Shown in pieces: positions 9,032 through 16,885 of a stretch of DNA of 42,992 nucleotides; position 1 is the first letter of the stretch, and each line of letters starts with the position of its first letter. Location: the UHGV virus genome UHGV-0205696, one strand, 5' to 3'. Origin of the DNA: a virus. The translations under genes and the position numbers were made by a program. A model generated the notes under the pieces. It was not told the DNA's origin. It searched no databases and saw nothing but the letters and a program-made list of their open reading frames with translations.

Positions 9032-10322
9032 GCAGTATCTTAATATAGATGTATATGAAGCTGCACAGCAACGTATGAACTATATTTTTAATCATTTTGA
9101 TAATGTTCTAGTGGCTTTATCTGGTGGTAAAGACAGTTCAATCGCTTTCAATTTAGCTTATCGGTACGCTCAAAAACATGATCAACTTGACAAACTAGGG
9201 ATATACTTCGTAGACTACGAAGCCCAGTACAAGATGACTATTGACTATGTGCAGTGGGCATTTGACCACTATAAAGATATCAAGCGTTACTGGCTGTGCC
9301 TGCCAAATTCTGTGCCATCAGCTACTTCAATGCAAACAGGGCTGTGGATTCCGTGGGAAAAGACTAAGAAGGATATTTGGGTGCGCCAGATGCCGCAAGC
9401 AGATTACGTGGTTAATGAAGATAACGTTCCTTGGGATTATAACCCTGGGACGGAAGACTATACAGCCCAGGAAGACTTCACCAAGTGGTTTTCATCTAAG
9501 CACGGAAAGACCGCCGTTGTAATTGCCATTCGAGCAGACGAAAGTATGGACCGTTTCCGGGCTATCAAGTCGCATCACAAAATCCATGCCTACGATGGTA
9601 AAGAGTGGCTGGTGTCAAAGAATAGCGTGACGGTCAATGCCTATCCTGTATATGATTGGACCGTCGAAGATATTTGGACGGCCAATGCAAGGTTTGGGTG
9701 GAAGTACAACCACCTTTATGACCTTTACTATCAAGCGGGGATGCCTATCCATCAAATGCGGGTAGCTAGCCCATTCTTATCAGAAGGCTTAGGGACTCTA
9801 AAATACTACCAAGCTATTGAGCCTAATACATGGGCCAAGATGCTTGGGCGTGTTAACGGTGTTAATTTTGCTGGAATCTATGGTGGAACTACCTTAATGG
9901 GTTGGAAGTCTATCAAGCTCCCCAAGGGTTATACCTGGAAAGAATATCTTAAATTCTTGCTTTCAACTTTGCCTGAACAAACCAGGAAGGACTATCAGAA
10001 AATTTTTAAAACCTCGATTGAATTTTGGGATAAACGAGGTGGTGTACTTGATGACGAAACCATCAGAGAGTTACAAGATGCCGGTATTCCCTTAGAAATT
10101 AAGGGAAAAACCAACTACCACACACAAAAGAAGGCTGTTGCTTTCCATGATTACCCAGATGATGCACCAGTTACAAACTTTAGAACAGCCCCAAGCTACA
10201 AGCGAATGTGTATTACTATCATGAAAAATGATCATACCGCTAAGTACATGGGCTTTTCTCGCACTAAAGAGCAACAGGAGAAGCGTAGAAAGGCGATGGA
10301 AAAATATGCCAACATCTTATAA
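9021..10322 (+). CDS. ibrA: IbrA/YbdN-like PAPS-reductase-family (PP-loop) protein with DUF3440-type C-terminus
   Basis: PP-loop SGGKDS, IRADES, YPVYDWTVEDIW, MRVASPF, W..ML.RV.G.NF...YG, PSYKRMC...KND motifs. Confidence 0.85.
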   Translation: MPSKQYLNIDVYEAAQQRMNYIFNHFDNVLVALSGGKDSSIAFNLAYRYAQKHDQLDKLGIYFVDYEAQYKMTIDYVQWAFDHYKDIKRYWLCLPNSVPSATSMQTGLWIPWEKTKKDIWVRQMPQADYVVNEDNVPWDYNPGTEDYTAQEDFTKWFSSKHGKTAVVIAIRADESMDRFRAIKSHHKIHAYDGKEWLVSKNSVTVNAYPVYDWTVEDIWTANARFGWKYNHLYDLYYQAGMPIHQMRVASPFLSEGLGTLKYYQAIEPNTWAKMLGRVNGVNFAGIYGGTTLMGWKSIKLPKGYTWKEYLKFLLSTLPEQTRKDYQKIFKTSIEFWDKRGGVLDDETIRELQDAGIPLEIKGKTNYHTQKKAVAFHDYPDDAPVTNFRTAPSYKRMCITIMKNDHTAKYMGFSRTKEQQEKRRKAMEKYANIL

Positions 10323-10815
10323 AAGCCCGGCCTACAACGTTCGGCCAGTTCCGGTTGAGTTAATTGACGCTAACTCGTACAATCCAAACAGAATGGCACC
10401 CCCAGAAGATAAGCTACTGTACCAAAGTATTAAGTGTGACGGTTACACTATGCCGATTGTTTGCTACCAGAAACCAAACGGCCGCTATGAGATTGTCGAT
10501 GGTTATCACCGATACACGACCATACTCAAGCATAAAGATATCTATGAACGTGAACATGGTATGCTACCAGTTACAGTGATTAACAAGCCGCTTGATGATC
10601 GAATTGCTTCAACCATTAGGCATAACCGTGCCCGCGGTACTCACAATGTTGATTTAATGGTCAACATTGTAAAAGAGTTAAAGGATTCGGGGATGTCTGA
10701 TGCCTGGATTATGAAAAACATTGGTATGTCAGCGGATGAATTATTAAGGCTCAAGCAAGTTAGTGGATTAGCTAGTCTTTTTAGTGATAAAGAATTCTCA
10801 AAAGCATGGGAATAA
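10306..10815 (+). CDS. ibrB: IbrB/YbdM-like ParB/sulfiredoxin-fold protein
   Basis: NSYNPN, DGYTMPIV, EIVDGYHRY, STIRHNRARGTH, and C-terminal HTH-like GMS.DELLRLKQ; overlaps the ibrA end. Confidence 0.85.
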   Translation: MPTSYKSPAYNVRPVPVELIDANSYNPNRMAPPEDKLLYQSIKCDGYTMPIVCYQKPNGRYEIVDGYHRYTTILKHKDIYEREHGMLPVTVINKPLDDRIASTIRHNRARGTHNVDLMVNIVKELKDSGMSDAWIMKNIGMSADELLRLKQVSGLASLFSDKEFSKAWE

Positions 10816-10906
10816 CGAATTACTTTGAAAAAATAAAGGAGATAGTTAGAATGCTAAACAGCATGAACAAAATAGGTTTCATCAGTAGCTGGGAAGTGGA
10901 TGACTA

Positions 10907-11092
10907 GTGAACGAGTATGAAAAGGCGAAAGCTTTTGTTTGTGATAAAAACCACTCCTTGCCGGAGTGTAGTAAGAAGCTAGGTATTGCTTTGCCAACTC
11001 TCAAGAACTATCGTGGAAATCCAGAAAAGCTGAAAACAGCGGCGTGGGAAAGAGTACATGCTCTTGCCCAGGAGTTCGATAATGCCAGATAG
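10907..11092 (+). CDS. Small HTH DNA-binding protein
   Basis: SLPECSKKLGIALPTLKNYR helix-turn-helix pattern. Confidence 0.6.
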   Translation: MNEYEKAKAFVCDKNHSLPECSKKLGIALPTLKNYRGNPEKLKTAAWERVHALAQEFDNAR

Positions 11093-11510
11093 GAATCAAA
11101 ATTTAGTTGGTAAAATCTTTGGTCACTTGATAGTGTTAAAAAAGTCAGGGGAACGTGGAACTCAGCACGAGCGCAAGTGGGTATGTCGATGCGACTGCGG
11201 TAAGCTCACGACAGTAACCACTTCTGCACTTAACAGCGGTAGTATTACCAGCTGTGGCCACGTTCGACTTGAGAAAAGCAAAAAGAACTTGAGATATACA
11301 GAAGACCGCCACAAGAAGCAGTTCAATGACCGCCTGCCGGTAAATAACAAGACCGGCTACAAAAACATATCTATGACCACTCGAAATGGTCGGCAAAGGT
11401 ACCGTGTATCAATCCAGGTTAATGGCCGGCAGCATTCAAAACTCGTGGACAGCTTAGAAGAGGCATTGGCAGTGCGAGAGCAGCTTCGCAAGGAATGGTG
11501 GCCCAAATAA
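11082..11510 (+). CDS. AP2-domain DNA-binding protein with N-terminal Cys-rich (CxCDCG...SCG) domain
   Basis: LVGKIFGHLIV...WVCRCDCG...TSCG and NKTGYKNI...YRVSIQVNG...LEEALAVR. Confidence 0.7.
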   Translation: MPDRNQNLVGKIFGHLIVLKKSGERGTQHERKWVCRCDCGKLTTVTTSALNSGSITSCGHVRLEKSKKNLRYTEDRHKKQFNDRLPVNNKTGYKNISMTTRNGRQRYRVSIQVNGRQHSKLVDSLEEALAVREQLRKEWWPK

Positions 11511-11551
11511 ATAATCGGTATAATTGCAGATGATTTTGCACCGATAAAATC

Positions 11552-11581
11552 AAAGCAGTCCATTAAAGGACTGCTTTTTTC
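11552..11581. terminator. Probable bidirectional terminator between convergent AP2 gene and integrase
   Basis: AAAGCAGTCC-attaaa-GGACTGCTTT followed by a T run. Confidence 0.75.
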
Positions 11582-11583
11582 GT

Positions 11584-11623
11584 ATATTAGGTATTTACAG
11601 TTTCAATGGGAAATACCTAATAT
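11584..11623. other. attP: Putative attP site of the serine integrase
   Basis: Perfect 13 bp inverted repeat ATATTAGGTATTT / AAATACCTAATAT around a 14 bp spacer with central TC (TTTCAAT); just downstream of int. Confidence 0.6.
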
Positions 11624-11641
11624 TTTTTCATGATTAAAAAA

Positions 11642-13081
11642 TTAGATATTCCAGTTGATTTTAATTCGATCGTCATTATACACATCAATGGATTTGATTA
11701 GCTTTTTAACGATGAATTTCTGTTCATCATAGCTGAGCTGGTCAATGTCACTGCTTTTAGCAAGAAGGTTTTGGAAGTTAATCAAATTGCCGTTATCAGG
11801 TTCAACAGCCTGTGACAGCTTCTTAGTGAGTGCTTCTTCCTGGATTTTTAAGTCAGCACTCTTTTTGCTTATGTTTTCGATGTTTATGTTGTCTGAAATT
11901 ACATAGAGGTCAATCAATTTTTGCTGCTGTTTCTTGACAGAAGCTAGTTCCTTTTTGACTGCAGCCACGTCAACGCCATTATGATGAATGGTCTTCGGCT
12001 TGCGTATACTGTCAGGGTGTAGGGCTAACTTCTTAATTTCATTGATTACTACTGGTTCGAGCTTTTCAGCATAAACGAGCTTGAAAGGACAGTTAGGGTC
12101 TTTAACGGCATATTTTTTAGCTTTCTGCATTGACTTGTACGTGCTAGGGCAGTTATACCGCAATCGTCGGTGGCCGTTGGGCTGTACATATGAATTGACG
12201 AAGAGTGTAGCACCACAATAACCACACCTCAGGATTCCTGATAGCATATACTTTGACTGAAATGGCCTCAGTTGCATATTGAAGCGCTTAGCGGTTGATA
12301 CTTGCCGTTCTTTTAGCTCTTGCTGCACTTTGCTAAATGTGGCATCGTTAACCAGGGGAATGAATCGACCATCGTACAGTTTCCCTCGATAAGGTATTTT
12401 ACCGATGTATGTGGGATTGGACAGTATATATCGCACTCTAGTGTCACTCCATGGGTAAGGGTTACCGACATGGCCTTCTTCGTTTAGTGTTTCTTTGATT
12501 TTGGAGATTGATTTTCCGCTCAGATACATATCATAAATTTTTTTGACAATTGCTCCCTGCAGCGGTTTAACCTTGTAATTATCGTCCTCAACTTCATAAC
12601 CAAAAGGCGGATTATTAAACTCCATTATCTTCCCGGATTTAACACGACCAATGCGGCCCATAGTCATTCTCTCTTTAATTTGTTCACGCTCTAATTGGGC
12701 AAATACGCTTAGAATTCCGATCATGGCTTTACCAAAGGCAGTTAATGTGTCGAAGTTCTCTGACAGGCTGACGAAGTGAATGTCGTTTTTTTGGAAAACA
12801 TCTTCAATCAAGTAAAGCGTGTCTTTTTGGCTACGGCTCAACCGGTCTAGCTTATACACCAGTACAGCGTCAAATAGCCCCTTGGGTGCGTCCTTAATGA
12901 GCTGCTGCATACTAGGGCGGTTAAGGTTAGAACCAGAACGGCCAGGATCAACATACTCTTTGACAACCGTCCAGTCTTTGATTTCACAGTATTTCCGCAG
13001 CTTGTCTTTTTGTTCACCAATGGAGTATCCTTCTTCAGCCTGTTCTAATGTCGATACTCGAATGTATACAGCTACTTTCAT
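11642..13081 (-). CDS. int: Large serine recombinase (phage integrase)
   Basis: YIRVST catalytic Ser, KLDRLSR, recombinase domain, Zn ribbon CGYCG...C...C, coiled coil. Confidence 0.95.
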   Translation of the reverse strand: MKVAVYIRVSTLEQAEEGYSIGEQKDKLRKYCEIKDWTVVKEYVDPGRSGSNLNRPSMQQLIKDAPKGLFDAVLVYKLDRLSRSQKDTLYLIEDVFQKNDIHFVSLSENFDTLTAFGKAMIGILSVFAQLEREQIKERMTMGRIGRVKSGKIMEFNNPPFGYEVEDDNYKVKPLQGAIVKKIYDMYLSGKSISKIKETLNEEGHVGNPYPWSDTRVRYILSNPTYIGKIPYRGKLYDGRFIPLVNDATFSKVQQELKERQVSTAKRFNMQLRPFQSKYMLSGILRCGYCGATLFVNSYVQPNGHRRLRYNCPSTYKSMQKAKKYAVKDPNCPFKLVYAEKLEPVVINEIKKLALHPDSIRKPKTIHHNGVDVAAVKKELASVKKQQQKLIDLYVISDNINIENISKKSADLKIQEEALTKKLSQAVEPDNGNLINFQNLLAKSSDIDQLSYDEQKFIVKKLIKSIDVYNDDRIKINWNI

Positions 13082-13123
13082 TGTTTACCTCCTTTATCGA
13101 ATGTGTGTTCTTAATAGGAGCTT

Positions 13124-13153
13124 TTTAAACCGGTCGATTTCGACCGGTTTAAA
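13124..13153. repeat. Perfect 14 bp-arm palindrome upstream of int
   Basis: TTTAAACCGGTCGA-TT-TCGACCGGTTTAAA. Confidence 0.8.
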
Positions 13154-13228
13154 TCGTTTACTGATATTAGCGATTACTGCAGAGACTTTTTTATCCATCT
13201 CGATACTGCAATACAAATGCTAAGGAGA

Positions 13229-13426
13229 TTATCTATCGTTAAGTTTCTGGATTTCTTTCTTAATCTCTTGCAGATCATGATGGATGATTATTGCTGATAA
13301 TTCCGTATTATCAAGCTGGTTAAAGAATTCATCTCCATGCTTTTCTAATGCTAAAAGTGCTTTGCTGTACAGCTTATCTTCATCAATTTGTGATGATTGA
13401 TTATTTGCTGAACTGAACAGTCCCAT
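13229..13426 (-). CDS. Hypothetical lysogeny-module protein
   Basis: 65 aa ORF with GGAGG RBS on the minus strand. Confidence 0.6.
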   Translation of the reverse strand: MGLFSSANNQSSQIDEDKLYSKALLALEKHGDEFFNQLDNTELSAIIIHHDLQEIKKEIQKLNDR

Positions 13427-13449
13427 GCTTGTGCCTCCGTAGATAAAAA

Positions 13450-13974
13450 TTACTTGTCTAACTTGATACTTCCATCTAAGCTGGTTTCTGCAATCTGGTT
13501 ACCAGCATTATCATAATAGAAAACGGTAGGGTCTTGATTACCTGTTTCATGCGCTATAATAGTAAAAATATTTTTGTATATTTCTTTTTGTTGGCTGTTT
13601 GTACCATTAAGCACACTATCGGGAACTTGTACATCGTAGTCTTCACCTTTAGTGTCATACTTGTCTAGCTTAACTTTTAGGCCATCCAAAGTTGGGTCTT
13701 GTGCAATCTTATCGTTAATATTCTTCACTCCAGATTCCGCTTGTTTGCGATGCTTCTGGTCAGTTGTTTCCCTTTGTGATGAGCTACTTTTGCTACTGGA
13801 TGAAGAAGATGATGACCCACTATCATCATTAGAAACCATGGTTGCCGCGCCGGCCACGAAAAACAAGGCAACAAAGCCGAATATTATTACTCTTAGCCAA
13901 TTCCGACTTTTGACGCTTTTATAAGCTAAGTAAATAGCAACAATTCCAATGAATAACAAAATCACTTCAAACAT
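13450..13974 (-). CDS. Membrane-anchored lysogeny-module protein (candidate superinfection exclusion)
   Basis: Two N-terminal TM segments, poly-Ser linker, soluble C-terminal domain; located between int and cI. Confidence 0.6.
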   Translation of the reverse strand: MFEVILLFIGIVAIYLAYKSVKSRNWLRVIIFGFVALFFVAGAATMVSNDDSGSSSSSSSSKSSSSQRETTDQKHRKQAESGVKNINDKIAQDPTLDGLKVKLDKYDTKGEDYDVQVPDSVLNGTNSQQKEIYKNIFTIIAHETGNQDPTVFYYDNAGNQIAETSLDGSIKLDK

Positions 13975-14024
13975 GTATACTCTCCCAATAGTAGCTTTTA
14001 ACGTCGATCACGTTTGGACGTAAA

Positions 14025-14330
14025 TCAGTTTGCTAAACTTCGACTTTTGAACATTGCATTAAACTCACGTTTTGCTTGCAAACGTGCAAAGCGTTCAGCC
14101 ACTTTTACATTAAAATCAGTTCCATCTGACAAGTTACCAGAGTCATAATCGGAGTGAATACATTCATGTAATGCGGTCTCTAACCAGTCTAATTCGGGTT
14201 GGTTCTCGTTTATATAGACATCGGTTCCCTCAATATGGCCATGATAATGTGGATTTTGAACATCAATCATATAGAACTTCAATTCGGGGTGTTTGTCCTC
14301 GATTTTTTCTAAGTCAGAAAGCTCTGCCAT
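14025..14330 (-). CDS. ImmA/IrrE-family metallopeptidase (anti-repressor protease)
   Basis: HExxH (LHECIH) plus downstream E..A; adjacent to the repressor; AAGGTGG RBS. Confidence 0.8.
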   Translation of the reverse strand: MAELSDLEKIEDKHPELKFYMIDVQNPHYHGHIEGTDVYINENQPELDWLETALHECIHSDYDSGNLSDGTDFNVKVAERFARLQAKREFNAMFKSRSLAN

Positions 14331-14343
14331 AATGACTACCACC

Positions 14344-14679
14344 TTAAACACGACGACGGTTTTTCATGGCAATCTTAACCATTTCAATAATATCACGCCG
14401 CTCTTCGTCAGAGATGCCAGGGTCGATAGAATAAGCGACTAGCTTTTGGTTTTTACTGAGGGGCTTATCCTCTCCAGGTGTTGTGCCGTTAACTAAATAA
14501 TCTGTTGTGACTTCAAATAATTTTGCGATGTCAGCCAAGGTTTTAATATCTGGTTCTCTATTGCCATATTCATAGTTGGCATAGGTAGAAAGGTTTAAAC
14601 CCAGCTTCTTCGCAACATGAGTTTTAGACCAACCACGCTGTTCACGAAGCGCGGTTATTCTTTCACTTGTAGCTGGCAT
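14344..14679 (-). CDS. cI: CI/ImmR-like XRE repressor
   Basis: XRE HTH LREQRGWSKTHVAKKLGL...YEYGNREP; no autocleavage domain; divergent from cro. Confidence 0.9.
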   Translation of the reverse strand: MPATSERITALREQRGWSKTHVAKKLGLNLSTYANYEYGNREPDIKTLADIAKLFEVTTDYLVNGTTPGEDKPLSKNQKLVAYSIDPGISDEERRDIIEMVKIAMKNRRRV

Positions 14680-14838
14680 AAATCACACTTCCTTACACAT
14701 TGTTGTAACTATTATAAAGTTTTCTACACGTTTTATAAATATTTCTTCACAATAAGTTAAATAAAATGTTGATATTGTTTACATAGTGTGTATAATAGAA
14801 AACGTAAAGTTATTCAAAGCGAATAAGGAGGTGAGCTG
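14680..14838. promoter_or_regulatory. Lysis/lysogeny switch: divergent promoters and operators
   Basis: TTGATA-N16-TATAAT (14769-14796); palindromes TTACA-N6-TGTAA (14693-14708) and TTATTC-N5-GAATAA (14810-14826, repeated at 15051-15067). Confidence 0.65.
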
Positions 14839-15060
14839 ATGTCTGAAACTGTCAAGAAAAATTCAGCAGACATTTTAGAGTCAATCATAGAGAAACGTGG
14901 TTTGAAGAAAAATTACCTTGCTAAGGAAATGGGTATATCGCCATCTAGTATGAGTGCCCTTTTACATGGGAACAAAAGATTTACAGCTGATATAGCCTTA
15001 AAAGCAGGAAAAGCGCTAGGCGTTTCATCCAATATTTTTTTAGATGAAAGTTATTCATAA
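14839..15060 (+). CDS. cro: Cro-like XRE regulator
   Basis: HTH LAKEMGISPSSMSALLHG; divergent from cI. Confidence 0.8.
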   Translation: MSETVKKNSADILESIIEKRGLKKNYLAKEMGISPSSMSALLHGNKRFTADIALKAGKALGVSSNIFLDESYS

Positions 15061-15083
15061 TGAATAACTAGGGAGGCAGTTAT

Positions 15084-15206
15084 ATGAAAGTAACGAACTA
15101 CGACAAGGATGGGAATATCATTCCTGACTTATCTAAGAAGGTAATCCCTAAGGACATTAGCGACATCATCGTGAGGGCGCTAATTGATATGCAGAAGGAG
15201 GCATGA
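15084..15206 (+). CDS. Small early protein (40 aa; MKVTNYDKDGNIIPDLS...)
   Basis: GGAGG RBS; not in ORF track. Confidence 0.6.
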   Translation: MKVTNYDKDGNIIPDLSKKVIPKDISDIIVRALIDMQKEA

Positions 15207-15207
15207 C

Positions 15208-15285
15208 ATGTTCACGTTTCTATTTAGCCTGCCGGCCATCGTGATAGCGCTGGTGGGGCTGGTATGTATCATCAAGGACCTTTAA
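15208..15285 (+). CDS. 25 aa hydrophobic peptide
   Basis: AAGGAGG RBS; MFTFLFSLPAIVIALVGLVCIIKDL. Confidence 0.5.
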   Translation: MFTFLFSLPAIVIALVGLVCIIKDL

Positions 15286-15298
15286 GGAGGTGAGGGGA

Positions 15299-15481
15299 AT
15301 GGAAGAGCAAATTGAGCGAGCTGGCCTAATTGAATCTAAGCGATTTAGCTTTGCGGCCACTAATCTTGATGAACTAGAAAAGCTGCTCCGAACAGCAGCC
15401 AAGCAGACGGAACAGCTTCAACAAACCTTGGACGAAATACAACAATTCCGGCTAAATACTAGAAGCCAAGTTGACGAGTGA
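15299..15481 (+). CDS. Hypothetical coiled-coil protein
   Basis: AAGGAGGTG RBS; 60 aa ORF. Confidence 0.55.
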   Translation: MEEQIERAGLIESKRFSFAATNLDELEKLLRTAAKQTEQLQQTLDEIQQFRLNTRSQVDE

Positions 15482-15752
15482 TGTACTCATCGGTGGCCTT
15501 ATCTAACATCTGTTGGAATGTTGAGAAATTGGAATGTGATGAGACAAATGAGTTTAGCTTTCCGTCTGGGAAAGCATCGAACTCATCGGTGGTCTTGATA
15601 CCGATAGCATCAAAGAAGCTGCTTACATTTGGGAAAGTAGTGTACTTCTGCATAAAACTATCGGTTAGAGCGTCAGCAAAGCTAATTTCGTGCTCCCCTT
15701 CAAAGTTGTGCACTCGATTAGCCATCTCATCAAGTCGCGAGAAATCATCCAT
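15459..15752 (-). CDS. Hypothetical acidic protein on the opposite strand within the early operon
   Basis: AAGGAGGTG RBS on the minus strand; 97 aa. Confidence 0.7.
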   Translation of the reverse strand: MDDFSRLDEMANRVHNFEGEHEISFADALTDSFMQKYTTFPNVSSFFDAIGIKTTDEFDAFPDGKLNSFVSSHSNFSTFQQMLDKATDEYITRQLGF

Positions 15753-15813
15753 TAAAGTTCACCTCCTTCCGTTAGGAGCTGAACCAAGTATATCAAACCA
15801 AGGAGGTGAGACC

Positions 15814-15945
15814 GTGAAGCAGATAACACTAAGGCTCCCTGACGAGCTGTATAAAGAAGCAAAAAGGATTGCAGATCGTGAAGGCTTTAGCTTCAACGCA
15901 TTTGCAATCCAAGCATTTAATCATTATGTGAGCTCGTATCAATAG
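15814..15945 (+). CDS. Ribbon-helix-helix (Arc/HicB-like) DNA-binding protein
   Basis: MKQITLRLPDELYKEAKRIADREGFSFN; AAGGAGGTG RBS before GTG. Confidence 0.75.
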   Translation: MKQITLRLPDELYKEAKRIADREGFSFNAFAIQAFNHYVSSYQ

Positions 15946-16099
15946 GGCCATTATCTTTTTCAAACTGTCTAACGTGCCTAATTATCAATTGTTCGATTTC
16001 TTTGTTCATTGAACGACCGTTGTAGTCAGCGATGCATTTCAGCTTTTCTTTTAAGTCGTCTTCAATCCTGACACCTAATACAGGTAACTTGGATGCCAT
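15917..16099 (-). CDS. Arc-family repressor
   Basis: LGVRIEDDLKEKLKCIADYNGRSMNKEI is a typical Arc-family sequence. Confidence 0.8.
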   Translation of the reverse strand: MASKLPVLGVRIEDDLKEKLKCIADYNGRSMNKEIEQLIIRHVRQFEKDNGPIDTSSHND

Positions 16100-16151
16100 A
16101 GTATCACCACCTTGTTGTTATTGTAACAGCAAAATAAAATCACATTTATTA

Positions 16152-16215
16152 TTGACAACACCATGACAACACTTTATTATAATAGTCGTAGGAGGTAACA
16201 ACACTATGGCAACAC
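16152..16215 (+). promoter_or_regulatory. Promoter with overlapping CAACAC direct-repeat operators
   Basis: TTGACA-N17-TATTAT; TGACAACAC at 16153 and 16164 (11 bp period); further copies at ~16196 and ~16208. Confidence 0.65.
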
Positions 16216-16358
16216 CTAAAAAGAGGACAGGAATTAGAATGCCTGAAAAATTAGACAAGCAGCTTAAAGCGATTGCTGACGAGCAGGGCTTCACTAAAAA
16301 CGCTGTAATGCTTCAAGCACTGCAAATCTTCGTGAAAAAGAATGGGGTTAAGAACTAA
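16206..16358 (+). CDS. Ribbon-helix-helix protein (50 aa; not in ORF track)
   Basis: RTGIRMPEKLDKQLKAIADEQGFTKNAVMLQAL; AGGAGG RBS. Confidence 0.75.
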   Translation: MATPKKRTGIRMPEKLDKQLKAIADEQGFTKNAVMLQALQIFVKKNGVKN

Positions 16359-16663
16359 TGGCAATGACAGAAGAAGAGAAACGTGAAATCGCAAAGATGA
16401 CTGTTGAAATGCTGAGACAAGATAACGAGCCGAAGGTAGCCACTGAGTGGCAACAGTTGAGCCGTGAAATTTCAGACTACTGTACTGAACAGTCGAAAGA
16501 CTATGACCAACCAGCTTTTACCACTATTCAAAATGCTATCTACAATCCCATTCGCTATATTCTTGGTGTTCATAAGATTAATACTTTGCGAGGGCCGGAA
16601 GTTGATAAGGCACGGGAAATATTTGAATTTATCAAGGAACAACGAGAGGAGGTGAAATCATGA
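16358..16663 (+). CDS. Putative antirepressor-associated (ORF6C-like) protein
   Basis: IYNPIRYILGV...L...EVDKAREIFEFI resembles the ORF6C domain; translationally coupled. Confidence 0.45.
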   Translation: MAMTEEEKREIAKMTVEMLRQDNEPKVATEWQQLSREISDYCTEQSKDYDQPAFTTIQNAIYNPIRYILGVHKINTLRGPEVDKAREIFEFIKEQREEVKS

Positions 16664-16842
16664 AAGTATTTGCAGGAATGGTGCTGGGCGTCACTATGAC
16701 CATCAGCATGATGTATGAGTGCTTCGGTATCTTCATCTTTGCGCTTGTCGCTAGCTTCTTCTTATGGGCCAGCACGCAGCCACGTATGATGGACGATGAC
16801 GACTACAGCAAAAAGAAAAGCGCTAGTGCCCGCCAGCACTAA
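16660..16842 (+). CDS. Small membrane protein
   Basis: Hydrophobic N-terminal 40 aa; GGAGGTG RBS. Confidence 0.55.
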   Translation: MKVFAGMVLGVTMTISMMYECFGIFIFALVASFFLWASTQPRMMDDDDYSKKKSASARQH

Positions 16843-16885
16843 CGCTAAGTAAGTAACTTATGAATAAAGTATTCGAGGTAATTAT

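Noticed and set aside
12819..13223. 134 aa plus-strand ORF overlapping the integrase start
   Set aside because: Antisense to int; no RBS or motif
15478..15813. Long N-terminal extension of the RHH ORF in the ORF track
   Set aside because: Antisense to the 15459-15752 gene; the real start is the GTG at 15814 with a strong RBS
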